Positions 17,218-26,037 of a stretch of DNA of 64,000 bases are shown here, piece after piece. Origin of the DNA: Gemmatimonadota bacterium (GTDB taxonomy: Bacteria; Gemmatimonadota; Gemmatimonadetes; Gemmatimonadales; GWC2-71-9); NCBI GenBank assembly GCA_041488455.1, contig JBGPPG010000003.1:2445-66444 (forward strand), written 5' to 3'. Made by a program: the position numbers and the translations under genes. How positions within the stretch are numbered: the stretch's first letter is position 1; each line of letters begins with the position of its first letter. A model generated the notes under the pieces. That model had not been told where the DNA came from. It made no database searches and worked only from the letters and a program-made list of their open reading frames with translations.

Positions 17218-19139
17218 GCGGGTCCGCCGCGGTCACGGTCGGGAACCTGTGCCGGACCTACCGGCGGGGTCGCATCCGAGCGGTGTCCGATGTCTCGTTC
17301 GAGGTGCCGCGCGGCGAGGTGTTCGGCCTGATCGGCCCCGACGGTGCCGGCAAGACCAGCGTCCTCCAGGTCCTGGCCGGGGTCCTACGTGCCGATGCCG
17401 GCGCGGCCCGCGTGGCCGGCGTGGACGTGATCCGGGATCCGGAGGCGGTGAAGGAAGCCATCGGGTACATGCCCCAGGGCCTCGGGCAGAACCTCTATGA
17501 CTCGCTCACCGTGCAGGAGAACATCGAGTTCTTCCGCGATCTGCGCCGGGTCCCGCGGGCGCAGTACGGCGACAACCGCGAGCGACTCCTGCGGATGACG
17601 CGGCTCGGGCGATTCCTCGACCGCCCGGCCGGCCAGCTCTCGGGGGGGATGCGCCAGAAGCTGGCCCTCATCTGCACGCTGATCCACCTGCCGGACGTGC
17701 TCCTGCTGGACGAGCCCACCACCGGCGTCGATCCCATCTCCCGCCGCGACTTCTGGTCGATCATCCACACGCTGGTGGCGAGCCGGGGCGTGACCGTGCT
17801 GATGACCACCGCCTACATGGACGAAGCCGAGCGCTGCCACCGGGTGAGCCTCATGCACGACGGCGCGGTGATCGCGGCCGGCGGCCCGGACGAGCTGACC
17901 GCCGCGCTCGCGGGTCGCGTCTGGAGCGTCCGGAGCCCCCATCCCGACGACGTCGTTGCGGCATTGACGAAGGGCGAGGGCGCCCAGTCCATGGCGCTCG
18001 CGGGAGGCGAGGTGCGCGTGCTCTGGCGTGTCCCCGGGCGCGATCCGAGTGGCGAGCTCGGTGCCGCCGGTCTCACCGGGTTCGCGGTCGAGGTGGTCCC
18101 GCCGAGCTTCGAGGACGTGTTCGTGGAGTCTCTGACCCGGGAGCGGCCCGCGCCGCCCGCCGGGGCGCCCGCCCTGCTCGCCGCGCCTCGCGTCACGTTC
18201 GTCGGGAGCGCGGTGATCGCGGATCGCCTCACGTGTCGGTTCGGGCGCTTCACCGCGGTGGACGAGGTGAGCCTGACCCTCGCCGAAGGTGAGATCCTGG
18301 GGCTCCTCGGGCCCAACGGCGCCGGCAAGACGACCCTGATCCGGATGCTCTGCGGGCTCCAGGCGCCGGCGGGCGGCGCGGCCACCGTCGCCGGATTCGA
18401 CGTGCGGCGAGCCGGGACCGCGCTGCGGAGTCACATCGGCTACATGTCCCAGCGCTTCTCGCTCTACCCGGACCAGACCGTCCTGGAGAACCTCCGCCTG
18501 TCCGCCGGTCTCTACGGGATCCCGCGGGCCGAGCGGCCGGGCCGCATCGAGGCGCTGCACACGAGGGGGGGGCGGGTGTGCGGCGGCCTCCGCCCGCCCC
18601 GGGGGGTGGCGCAGGGGGGGGGGCCGCGGCTCGCCCTCGCCAGCGCGATGCTGCACGAGCCAAGGGTGCTGTTCCTCGACGAGCCGACCGCGGGAGTGGA
18701 CCCGCTCGCCCGCCGCCAGTTCTGGGATCTCGTGCACCTGCTGGCCCACCAGCACGGGGTCGCGGTGCTGGTCTCCACCCACTATATGGACGAGGCCACG
18801 CACTGCGATCTTCTGGGCTTCATGCACGAGGGCCGCCTCGTCGCGCTCGGCCGCCCGGCCGAGCTGACCCGGCGGGCCCGCGCCGAGGGCGGCCCGATGT
18901 TCTCGGTGGACGCGGCCGAGTTCGCCCAGGCCTTCACGCTCCTGCGTCCGCGCTTTCCGGACGCGATGCTCCACGGCCGGCACGTCCGCTGGCAGACCCG
19001 GCAGCCCGACGCGGACACCCTGGCCGCGCGGGAGGCGCTGGCCGCCGCCGGCCTCGCCGCCTCCATCGAGGTCCGGCCCCTGTCGATGGAGGACACCTTC
19101 GTCAGCGTGTTGCGAGGCGCCGGGCTCGGCCATGCCTAG
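17208..19139 (+). CDS. ABC transporter ATP-binding protein with two fused NBDs (YbhF-like); second signature motif disrupted
   Basis: NBD1 has GPDGAGKTS, LSGGMRQKLAL and LLLDEPTTGVD. NBD2 has GPNGAGKTT and LFLDEPTAGVD, but the LSGG(Q/W) signature position reads VAQGGGPRLAL and is encoded by a poly-G tract. Confidence 0.85.
   Translation: MAVSGSAAVTVGNLCRTYRRGRIRAVSDVSFEVPRGEVFGLIGPDGAGKTSVLQVLAGVLRADAGAARVAGVDVIRDPEAVKEAIGYMPQGLGQNLYDSLTVQENIEFFRDLRRVPRAQYGDNRERLLRMTRLGRFLDRPAGQLSGGMRQKLALICTLIHLPDVLLLDEPTTGVDPISRRDFWSIIHTLVASRGVTVLMTTAYMDEAERCHRVSLMHDGAVIAAGGPDELTAALAGRVWSVRSPHPDDVVAALTKGEGAQSMALAGGEVRVLWRVPGRDPSGELGAAGLTGFAVEVVPPSFEDVFVESLTRERPAPPAGAPALLAAPRVTFVGSAVIADRLTCRFGRFTAVDEVSLTLAEGEILGLLGPNGAGKTTLIRMLCGLQAPAGGAATVAGFDVRRAGTALRSHIGYMSQRFSLYPDQTVLENLRLSAGLYGIPRAERPGRIEALHTRGGRVCGGLRPPRGVAQGGGPRLALASAMLHEPRVLFLDEPTAGVDPLARRQFWDLVHLLAHQHGVAVLVSTHYMDEATHCDLLGFMHEGRLVALGRPAELTRRARAEGGPMFSVDAAEFAQAFTLLRPRFPDAMLHGRHVRWQTRQPDADTLAAREALAAAGLAASIEVRPLSMEDTFVSVLRGAGLGHA
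18565..18623. repeat. G-rich low-complexity tract (G8 ... G6 ... G10) inside the ABC ATPase gene
   Basis: G-runs lie at 18565-18572, 18601-18606 and 18614-18623, separated by GC-only sequence. The tract is unlike any other part of the window. Confidence 0.7.
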
Positions 19140-20277
19140 GATGCCTGGCGATCGTGCGCTGGCGATCGCGCGGAAGGAGACGCGACAGCTCCTCCGCGAC
19201 CCCACGTACCTGGGCCTCGCGATCGTCGTGCCGCTGCTGCTCATCCTCCTCCTCGGCTATCAGCTCTCGCTGGACGTCAAGGGGCTCCTGGTGGCGGTGG
19301 TGGACCACGACCGCTCCCGGTGGAGCCGGGAGTACATCGACGGGGTCGTCCACTCCGAGTACTTCCGGCTCGTCGGCGTGCTCGACGGCGCGGAGGAAGC
19401 GCGGGAATGGGTCCGCTCGGGCCGGGCCCGCGTGGTCATCGACATTCCGCCCGACTTCGGACGGCGGCTCAGCGCCGGCGAGTCCGCCACCCTGGGCGTG
19501 ACCGTGGATGGCTCGTTCCCGACCCGCGGCCAGATCGGGGCGGCCTACGTGGAGGCGATCAGCGCGCAGTACAACCAGCGGCTCCTGCGCGAGTACCTCG
19601 TCCGCCACGGCGCGGGAGACGACCGGTTGTGGCCCGTCCAGATGGAGCTGGCCGTCTGGTACAACCCCACGCTCGAGAGCAAGAACTTCATCGTGCCCGG
19701 CATGCTGGTCGTGATCCTCATGATATTCCCGCCGCTGCTGAGCGCGCTGCTGATCGTGCGCGAGCGCGAGAGCGGCACCATTCTCAATCTCTACTGCTCG
19801 CCGGCGAGCCGGTGGGACATCCTGGCCGGCAAGGCGTTGCCGTACGTGGCCGTCTCGTTCCTCGACTTCCTGCTGATCTTCGCGGTCAGCATCTGGCTCT
19901 TCCGCGTCCGGTTCGTGGGCGCGGTGTGGATCCTGGCGGTGGGCGCGCTGCTCTACTCGGTCTGCATGGTGGGCCTCGGTCTGCTGATCTCCACGGTGAC
20001 GCGAAGCCAGCTCGCCGCGATGCTCGCCACGTTTCTCGGCGCGGTGGCCCCCGCCTTCACGTTCTCCGGCATCTTCACGCCGGCCGGGAGCCTGGACCCG
20101 GTCGGCCGGTTCGTGAGCCGCCTGATCCCCGCCACGTACTTCATGGATGTCGTCCGCGGCAGCTATCTCAAGGGCGGCGACGTCGCCGCGTACGTGCCGA
20201 GCCTGCTGATCCTCCTGCTCTACGCCGTGGTCATCTCCACCGCGGCCTGGCTCAGCCTCCGGAAACGGCTCGGCTGA
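19132..20277 (+). CDS. ABC-2 type transporter permease (YbhS/YbhR-like)
   Basis: 381 aa, beginning ARKETRQLLRDPTYLGLAIVVPLL, with a large periplasmic loop and then 5 TM segments. It overlaps the ATPase gene by 8 nt. Confidence 0.85.
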   Translation: MPRMPGDRALAIARKETRQLLRDPTYLGLAIVVPLLLILLLGYQLSLDVKGLLVAVVDHDRSRWSREYIDGVVHSEYFRLVGVLDGAEEAREWVRSGRARVVIDIPPDFGRRLSAGESATLGVTVDGSFPTRGQIGAAYVEAISAQYNQRLLREYLVRHGAGDDRLWPVQMELAVWYNPTLESKNFIVPGMLVVILMIFPPLLSALLIVRERESGTILNLYCSPASRWDILAGKALPYVAVSFLDFLLIFAVSIWLFRVRFVGAVWILAVGALLYSVCMVGLGLLISTVTRSQLAAMLATFLGAVAPAFTFSGIFTPAGSLDPVGRFVSRLIPATYFMDVVRGSYLKGGDVAAYVPSLLILLLYAVVISTAAWLSLRKRLG

Positions 20278-21395
20278 TGGGCAGCCGTCTCGCGGCCATG
20301 ATCCGGAAGGAGTGGAGCCAGCTCTTCCGGGACGTGCCCATCCTCCTGTTCGTGATCTGGGCCTTCACGGGCGCCGTCTACACCGGGGGTCACGGCGTGG
20401 GCGCCGAGCTCCGGAACTATCCCATGGCCGTGCTCGATCTCTCCCGCAGCGCGGAGAGCCGCGAGCTGCTGTCCCGATTCCGCGCGCCGTACTTCAAGAT
20501 CGTCGGCCATGTCTCGGGCGACGCCGAGCTGGTGCGCTGGCTCGATGGGGGCCGGGCCAGCCTGGTCCTCGTCATTCCGGCGGATTTCGATCGCCGCGCT
20601 CAGCAGGGCGGCGCGCGGTTCCAGGTGATCTCGGACGGCAGCCAGTCCATGTCAGCGACGATCGCCGGGGCGCACATCGCCGGCATCGCCGGCCGCTACA
20701 GCGTGGAGCTGCTGGAGGCCCGGATGGGCGTGGCCCACGGCCGCCTGCCGCAGGTGGATGCCCGCGTCCGCGTGGAGTACAACCCGAATCTCGTCGAGAC
20801 GTGGTTCTCCGGCCTGCTCGAGGTCTTCAACCAGGTCACCATGATCGCGATGCTGCTGGCCGCCGCCGCCATGGTGCGGGAGCGCGAGCACGGCACGATC
20901 GAGCATCTGCTGGTGAGCCCGCTGCGGTCCTGGGAGCTGTTCACCGCGAAGGTCGTGCCGGTGGTCGTCCTGGTGCCGCTGGCCGCCCTCGGCTCGGTGT
21001 TCGGGATCGTCCACGGGGTGTTCGCCACCCCCATCCGGGGCAGTGTCGCGCTGTTCTACGCGGTGACCGTGATCTACGTCTTCGCCCTGGCGAGCCTGGG
21101 CCTCACCATCGCGGTCCTGGCCCGCAACCTCGGCCAGGCGATGCTGCTCCTCCTCCTGATCCTGTACCCGATGATGCTGCTCTCGGGCGCCTTCACCCCG
21201 CCCGAGAGCATGGGGCCGCTCATGCGGTACGCGAGCCTCGTGTCCCCGGTGCGCCACTACGTCGATTTCGGCTACCAGGTCCTCTTCAAGGGGAACGGTC
21301 TGGCGTATGTCTGGCCGGACGTGGCGGGCATCCTGGCGCTGGGCGTGCTGCTGTTCGCGATCTCCATCCGGCGCTTCGCGCGGCTCGCGCGCTGA
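20277..21395 (+). CDS. ABC-2 type transporter permease (second subunit, YbhR/YbhS-like)
   Basis: It begins MGSRLAAMIRKEWSQLFRDVPILLFVIW... and has the same architecture as the preceding permease. The ATG overlaps the upstream TGA by 1 nt (TGATG). Confidence 0.85.
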   Translation: MGSRLAAMIRKEWSQLFRDVPILLFVIWAFTGAVYTGGHGVGAELRNYPMAVLDLSRSAESRELLSRFRAPYFKIVGHVSGDAELVRWLDGGRASLVLVIPADFDRRAQQGGARFQVISDGSQSMSATIAGAHIAGIAGRYSVELLEARMGVAHGRLPQVDARVRVEYNPNLVETWFSGLLEVFNQVTMIAMLLAAAAMVREREHGTIEHLLVSPLRSWELFTAKVVPVVVLVPLAALGSVFGIVHGVFATPIRGSVALFYAVTVIYVFALASLGLTIAVLARNLGQAMLLLLLILYPMMLLSGAFTPPESMGPLMRYASLVSPVRHYVDFGYQVLFKGNGLAYVWPDVAGILALGVLLFAISIRRFARLAR

Positions 21396-21468
21396 CCGCC
21401 GGTCGGTCGGCGCTCCGCGCCGGTTTGTCTGGGGCCGGCCCACCCCATTTGTGGCGCGCCCGCCCCAA

Positions 21469-21489
21469 GCGTCGCGGGAGCCGCGACGC
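21469..21489 (+). terminator. 9-bp GC hairpin after the ABC-2 operon (weak terminator candidate)
   Basis: The sequence is GCGTCGCGG-gag-CCGCGACGC. No clear U-tract follows. Confidence 0.25.
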
Positions 21490-21517
21490 AAGTTCCTGAA
21501 ATGACGCGCGTTCGGCC

Positions 21518-21533
21518 TGGCATCGAGCTTGTA
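21518..21533 (+). promoter_or_regulatory. sigma-54-like element (TGGCAT-N5-TTGTA), imperfect -12
   Basis: The -24 spacing is correct, but the -12 reads GT instead of GC. The site is 54 nt upstream of the lmo0937-type gene. Confidence 0.3.
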
Positions 21534-21586
21534 ATACGGAGGGGCAGGGAACGGATGCAGTGGCCGGTACTCAAAGGGAGGCTGCC

Positions 21587-21736
21587 ATGCTGTGGACGAT
21601 CGTGGTGATTCTTCTGGTGCTGTGGGCGCTCGGCATGTTGAGTGCGTACACGGCCGGCGGGCTGGTCCATCTCCTGCTGGTGATCGCGATCATCGCCATC
21701 GTGATCCAGTTCGTGAGCGGTCGACGGTCCATCTGA
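21587..21736 (+). CDS. lmo0937-family small membrane protein (49 aa; below the ORF-track cutoff)
   Basis: Read directly from the DNA. An RBS AAGGGAGG precedes the ATG. The product MLWTIVVILLVLWALGMLSAYTAGGLVHLLLVIAIIAIVIQFVSGRRSI matches the MLWTI..VLW..G......GGLIHLLLVIA pattern of this family. Confidence 0.7.
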   Translation: MLWTIVVILLVLWALGMLSAYTAGGLVHLLLVIAIIAIVIQFVSGRRSI

Positions 21737-21816
21737 CCTCGTGACCGCCCAGGCATCATCCCCGGGTCGACCAGTTGATCCTCGCTCATGTCACGCCCGA
21801 CCGGGCGAGGTGTGAC

Positions 21817-22026
21817 ATGGCCACCGACCCAGAGATCCAGACGTTCGTGCAGCGTCGCCACGGCTTCGTCCCGAAGATCGGATGGATCGCGCATGTCAAG
21901 GAGGTTCACGGCATCCCGACGCTCCGCGGGGCGGACCGGGCCCATCGTGATCGTGATGTCGAGCCGTGCCCGTCCGAGAAGCGGGAAGCAATCGAAGAAG
22001 CGCTGCGGCATTTCGGCATGATGTGA
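21817..22026 (+). CDS. small hypothetical protein (69 aa)
   Basis: MATDPEIQTFVQRRHGFVPKIGWIAHVKEVHGIPTLRGADRAHRDRDVEPCPSEKREAIEEALRHFGMM has ordinary composition. No family was named. The antisense 146-aa ORF looks like a shadow ORF. Confidence 0.4.
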   Translation: MATDPEIQTFVQRRHGFVPKIGWIAHVKEVHGIPTLRGADRAHRDRDVEPCPSEKREAIEEALRHFGMM

Positions 22027-22057
22027 CGGCCGCGGGGGACCGCGGCGGGAGGACGGC

Positions 22058-22350
22058 GTGAAGGTCTACTTGATCGCCCCAAGAATCCTGAATCGTTCTG
22101 GACCTTCGACCGCGTGCTGGGTGCGTGTTCCCCAACCTCGCGTTGCCGACGGTCGCGGGGCTGACGCTGCCGCCCCACGAGGTCGTGCTCTGCGACGAGA
22201 ACGTCGAGCCGGTCGACCTCGACACGGACGCCGATGTGGTCGGGATCACCGGGTTCGTGGTCCACAAGCGGCGGATGCTCGAGCTCGCCGAGGCCTTCCG
22301 GCGCCGCGGGAAGCTGGTCGTTCGCGGGCGGCCCCGGGCACAGCGTCGCG
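22058..22350 (+). pseudogene. decayed N-terminal fragment of a B12-binding-domain radical SAM enzyme
   Basis: Similarity hops across three frames: VKVYLIAP / KNPESFWTFDRVLG / FPNLALPTVAGLTLPPHEVVLCDENVEPVDLDTDADVVGITGFVVHKRRMLELAEAFRRRGKLVV / FAGGPGH. The radical-SAM core (CxxxCxxC) and the C-terminus are absent. Confidence 0.55.
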
Positions 22351-22547
22351 AAGGCGCCGGCCGGCGCCAGGGCGGCCGGCTCCTGTCGTAAGGGGGCTCC
22401 CTGCCTGCGCTCGGCCCACCAGCACGGGCCAAGCCGTCGGGAGCGGGGCGGCGCGTCTGGGGCGCGCACGCCGCGGCGTAGCGGTCCTGTCCCACTCGTG
22501 GCACGCGCTCCGCCCGCCAACATCTCGAATCCTCTGCGATATCAGCT

Positions 22548-22563
22548 TGGCACCTCGCTTGCT
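22548..22563 (+). promoter_or_regulatory. sigma-54 (-24/-12) promoter candidate, TGGCAC-N5-TTGCT
   Basis: TGGCACctcgcTTGCT has the same core as the site at 3466 and is also preceded by T. It lies 77 nt upstream of the BON gene ATG, which has its own GGAAGGAG RBS. Confidence 0.55.
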
Positions 22564-22639
22564 TTGGACGTCTTCAAGCGGGGGATACGGGCCCGAGTGA
22601 TGCACCACCCTGATCGAAATAGGGAAGGAGATTCTGGCC

Positions 22640-22951
22640 ATGCGAGGAATGAGAGGGTTTGGGATCCTGGTTCTAGCCGTCGTGTTGGTGTCGGCCTGGG
22701 GGTGCGGGTCGACGGCGACGAAAGAGGGGACCGGCGAGTACGTCGACGATTCCGTGATCACCGCGAAGGTGAAGTCGGCCATCTTCAACGACGCCAACCT
22801 GAAGGTCAACGAGATCAACGTCGAGACGTTCAAGGGCGTGGTGCAGCTGAGCGGCTTCGTGCGGTCTCAGGCGGATATCGACCAGGCGATGAAGGTCGCG
22901 CGCGGGGTGGCCGGCGTGAAGTCCGTCAAGAACGATATGCGGATCAAGTGA
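22640..22951 (+). CDS. BON-domain lipoprotein (OsmY-like)
   Basis: The signal peptide has a lipobox (VSAWGC). The BON domain reads DDSVITAKVKSAIFNDANLKVNEINVETFKGVVQLSGFV. Confidence 0.85.
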   Translation: MRGMRGFGILVLAVVLVSAWGCGSTATKEGTGEYVDDSVITAKVKSAIFNDANLKVNEINVETFKGVVQLSGFVRSQADIDQAMKVARGVAGVKSVKNDMRIK

Positions 22952-22961
22952 CGGGAGGCGT

Positions 22962-23255
22962 GTGATGCGAAGCAGCCGGGTCTTTCTGCTGGGAGCGATC
23001 GTGGGAGGAGCCGCCGTGTGGCTGTGGGGCCGGGAGGCGGAGGCGTACGTGGAGGAGAAGACGCGCGGGGTGCGCACGACGGTCGCGGAGGGAGTCCGGG
23101 CGGTCGAGGAAACCGCCGGGCAGGTGCTCGACCGCGGCGGCGAGGCCCTGCGGCGAGCCGAGGACTTCCTGGAGGACACGAAGACACACATGAGCGAAGC
23201 GCTCCAGGCCGGGCAGGAGGCGATTCGCCCGGCGCCCGCGACGAGGGAACCATGA
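22962..23255 (+). CDS. YtxH-like general-stress protein (N-terminal TM plus helical region)
   Basis: FLLGAIVGGAAVWLW is followed by an Ala/Glu-rich amphipathic helix, the typical YtxH arrangement. Confidence 0.6.
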   Translation: MMRSSRVFLLGAIVGGAAVWLWGREAEAYVEEKTRGVRTTVAEGVRAVEETAGQVLDRGGEALRRAEDFLEDTKTHMSEALQAGQEAIRPAPATREP

Positions 23256-23479
23256 AGCCCATGACGCTCGTCGGTGTCGCCCTGATCATTCTCGGCGTGC
23301 TGGCCCTGGCCTACCAGGGCATCACGTACACGACGCGGGAGAAGGTCATCGACCTGGGGCCGCTCCAGGCCTCGGTCGACAAGAAGAAGAGCATTCCGCT
23401 GCTCCCGATCGTCGGCGCGCTCGCGCTTGCCGGGGGTGTGGTGATGGTCTTCATCGGATCTCGAAAGTCCTCGGCGTGA
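23252..23479 (+). CDS. small two-TM membrane protein (75 aa)
   Basis: MKPMTLVGVALIILGVLALAYQG...IPLLPIVGALALAGGVVMVFIG. Its ATG overlaps the upstream stop as ATGA. Confidence 0.55.
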   Translation: MKPMTLVGVALIILGVLALAYQGITYTTREKVIDLGPLQASVDKKKSIPLLPIVGALALAGGVVMVFIGSRKSSA

Positions 23480-23501
23480 CCGTCCCGAGAGAGGAGCGGA
23501 C

Positions 23502-23690
23502 ATGAGCCTGATCGGACTCGTCCTCACGCTGGTGATCGTCGGCGTCGTGCTGTGGCTGATCAACAACTACGTGCCGATGGATCCAAAGATCAAGACGATC
23601 GTCAACGTCGTGGTCGTCGTCGCGGTGGTGATCTGGCTCTTGCAGGTGTTCGGGATCCTCGGCTCCGTGCGAGACATACGAATCCGGTAG
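23502..23690 (+). CDS. Thivi_2564-family small membrane protein (62 aa)
   Basis: [51 protein letters not shown] fits the VLWLIN.YIPM...IK pattern of this family. Confidence 0.6.
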   Translation: MSLIGLVLTLVIVGVVLWLINNYVPMDPKIKTIVNVVVVVAVVIWLLQVFGILGSVRDIRIR

Positions 23691-23710
23691 CGCTCCGTGT
23701 TGCCCACGTC

Positions 23711-24262
23711 GTGTTGATCCAGGAGCTGAGCAGCCAGGCGAGCCTGGACCTGCTGGCCCGCACGCGGCTCGGCCGGCTGGCGTGCAGTCAGGGGGGCCAG
23801 CCCTACGTGGTGCCCGTCTATTTCGCGTACGCGGATCGGTCGCTGTACGGCTTTGCCACGCTCGGGAAGAAGATCGAGTGGATGCGCGCCAACCCCTTGG
23901 TCTGTATCGAGGTGGACGAGGTGGTGAGCCCCCAGCAGTGGGCGAGCGTCATCGTCTTCGGTCGCTACGAGGAGCTGCCCGACACGCCGGAATGGCGGAG
24001 CGCGCGCGCATTCGCCCACAAGCTGCTGAAGCAGAGCGGCATGTGGTGGGAGCCCGCCTACGTGAAGACCGTGCTGGGCGGCGTGGCGCGCCCGCTCGTG
24101 CCGGTCTTCTACCGGATCCACGTCGTTCAGACCACCGGACACCGAGCCACCCCGGAGGGGGCGCCGCCGACGGAACGCCGGTCCACGATCGCCTCGGGCG
24201 AGGCCGGGTGGCTGGAGAGGCTGCTGCGGCAGGTCCGGGGCGAGCGGCGGGGCCGGCGGTGA
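23711..24262 (+). CDS. pyridoxamine 5'-phosphate oxidase (PNPOx)-like FMN-binding split-barrel protein
   Basis: [56 protein letters not shown]...[13 protein letters not shown]. The start is estimated at GTG 23711 inside track ORF 23552-24262. Confidence 0.7.
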   Translation: MLIQELSSQASLDLLARTRLGRLACSQGGQPYVVPVYFAYADRSLYGFATLGKKIEWMRANPLVCIEVDEVVSPQQWASVIVFGRYEELPDTPEWRSARAFAHKLLKQSGMWWEPAYVKTVLGGVARPLVPVFYRIHVVQTTGHRATPEGAPPTERRSTIASGEAGWLERLLRQVRGERRGRR

Positions 24263-26037
24263 GCGGCTGGGAGCCGATCCGGAAGTCGGCGGGGGATGGA
24301 TCTGTCGCCCCGAATCTCGCGGACTACGCGCGGGGCCGTGCCGAGTTCTCGTGGCAAGGCGCGCGCGCGGCCCTCGACGGGCTGCCAGACGGGCGAGGGC
24401 TGAACATTGCCCATGAGGCGGTCGACCGTCACGTGGCTCACGGCCACGGCGAGCACGTGGCGCTGCGGTGGCTCGGCAAGCGCGGCGAGGCCGTCGACTA
24501 TACTTATGGCAGCCTCGCCGAGCTGACGAGCCGCTTCGCCAATGTCCTGCGCTCGCTCGGCGTGGGCCCGGGCGAGCGGGTCTACGCCCTGGCCGGACGC
24601 ATTCCCGAGCTCTACGTCGCCGCGCTCGGCACGCTCAAGAGCCGCGGCGTGTTCTGCCCGATGTTCTCCGCGTTCGGCCCCGAGCCGATTCGCGTCCGGA
24701 TGACGACCGGCCAGGCGCGCGTGCTCGTCACCACGGAGTCACTCTACCGGCGCAAGATCGCCGGGATCCGGGACGCGCTCCCGGATCTCCGGCACGTGCT
24801 GCTGGTCGGGGACGGCCGTAGACCCACGAGTATTCCGGGAACCGAGGACTACGCCACCCTCATGGCCCGCGCCAGCGGGCGCTTCGACATCGAGCCCACG
24901 GACCCGCAGGAGATAGCGCTGCTCCATTTCACCAGCGGCACCACCGGCCGGCCCAAGGGCGCGATGCACGTGCACGAGGCCGTCGTGGCCCACCACATCA
25001 CGGGGCAGCTCGCACTCGATTTCCATGCGGACGACGTCTTCTGGTGCACCGCGGATCCGGGCTGGGTCACGGGGACCTCCTACGGGATCATCGCGCCGCT
25101 GACCTGCGGGATCACCAGTATCGTGGACGAGGCCGAGTTCGACGCCGCGCGCTGGTACGGCATCCTGCAGGACCAGCGCGTGACGGTCTGGTACACCGCG
25201 CCGACCGCGATCCGCATGCTGATGAAGACCGGCGGCGAGCTTGCGCGCAAGCACGATCTCCGGGCGCTGCGGTTCCTCGCCAGCGTGGGAGAGCCGCTCA
25301 ACCCGGAGGCGGTCGTCTGGGGACAGGAAGCCTTCGGCCGGCCGTTCCACGACAACTGGTGGCAGACCGAAACGGGCGGGATCATGATCGCCAACTTCTC
25401 GGCCATGGATATCCGCCCCGGCTCCATGGGCCGCCCGCTGCCCGGGGTGGAGGCCGCCATCGTCCGGAAGCTTGGCGATGACCGCGTGGAAGCCATCGAG
25501 GAGCCCGACGTGCAGGGCGAGCTGGCGCTCCGCCCCGGATGGCCCTCCATGTTCCGCGGGTACTGGCAAGAGCCCGAGCGCTACCGCAAGTGCTTCGCGG
25601 GCGGCTTCTACCTCACGGGGGATCTCGCTCGGCGGGATCGCGACGGCTACTTCTGGTTTGTCGGGCGGGCCGACGACGTGATCAAGAGCTCCGGCCACCT
25701 CATCGGCCCGTTCGAGGTGGAGAGCGTCCTGATGGAGCACAAGGCGGTGGCCGAGGCCGGTGTCATCGGCAAGCCGGACCCGGTGGCGATGGAGGTGGTC
25801 AAGGCCTTCGTTTCGCTCAAGGACGGCTACGAGCCGACCGAGGAGCTCCGTCGCGACCTGCTGGCCTTCGCGCGCTCCCGTCTCGGGGCGGTGGTCGCGC
25901 CCAAGGAGATCGCCTTCGAGGCGAGCCTGCCCAAGACGCGGAGCGGCAAGATCATGCGGCGCCTGCTCAAGGCCCGTGAGCTGGGGCTGCCCGAGGGAGA
26001 CACCTCGACGCTCGAGGGTGCGGAGGCCGAGCGATGA
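24259..26037 (+). CDS. AMP-forming acyl-/acetyl-CoA synthetase (AcsA-like)
   Basis: It has the AMP-binding motif [12 protein letters not shown], the YWQTETGG-type core ([10 protein letters not shown]), and a C-terminal [14 protein letters not shown] 24259 overlaps the upstream stop as GTGA. Confidence 0.85.
   Translation: MSGWEPIRKSAGDGSVAPNLADYARGRAEFSWQGARAALDGLPDGRGLNIAHEAVDRHVAHGHGEHVALRWLGKRGEAVDYTYGSLAELTSRFANVLRSLGVGPGERVYALAGRIPELYVAALGTLKSRGVFCPMFSAFGPEPIRVRMTTGQARVLVTTESLYRRKIAGIRDALPDLRHVLLVGDGRRPTSIPGTEDYATLMARASGRFDIEPTDPQEIALLHFTSGTTGRPKGAMHVHEAVVAHHITGQLALDFHADDVFWCTADPGWVTGTSYGIIAPLTCGITSIVDEAEFDAARWYGILQDQRVTVWYTAPTAIRMLMKTGGELARKHDLRALRFLASVGEPLNPEAVVWGQEAFGRPFHDNWWQTETGGIMIANFSAMDIRPGSMGRPLPGVEAAIVRKLGDDRVEAIEEPDVQGELALRPGWPSMFRGYWQEPERYRKCFAGGFYLTGDLARRDRDGYFWFVGRADDVIKSSGHLIGPFEVESVLMEHKAVAEAGVIGKPDPVAMEVVKAFVSLKDGYEPTEELRRDLLAFARSRLGAVVAPKEIAFEASLPKTRSGKIMRRLLKARELGLPEGDTSTLEGAEAER

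Noticed and set aside
22497-22512. A second TGGCACG motif ~50 nt upstream of the strong sigma-54 box at 22548.
   Set aside because: The -24 half is perfect, but the -12 half reads CCGC with no TTGC. It was kept only as a note, since it could equally be chance or part of an activator site.
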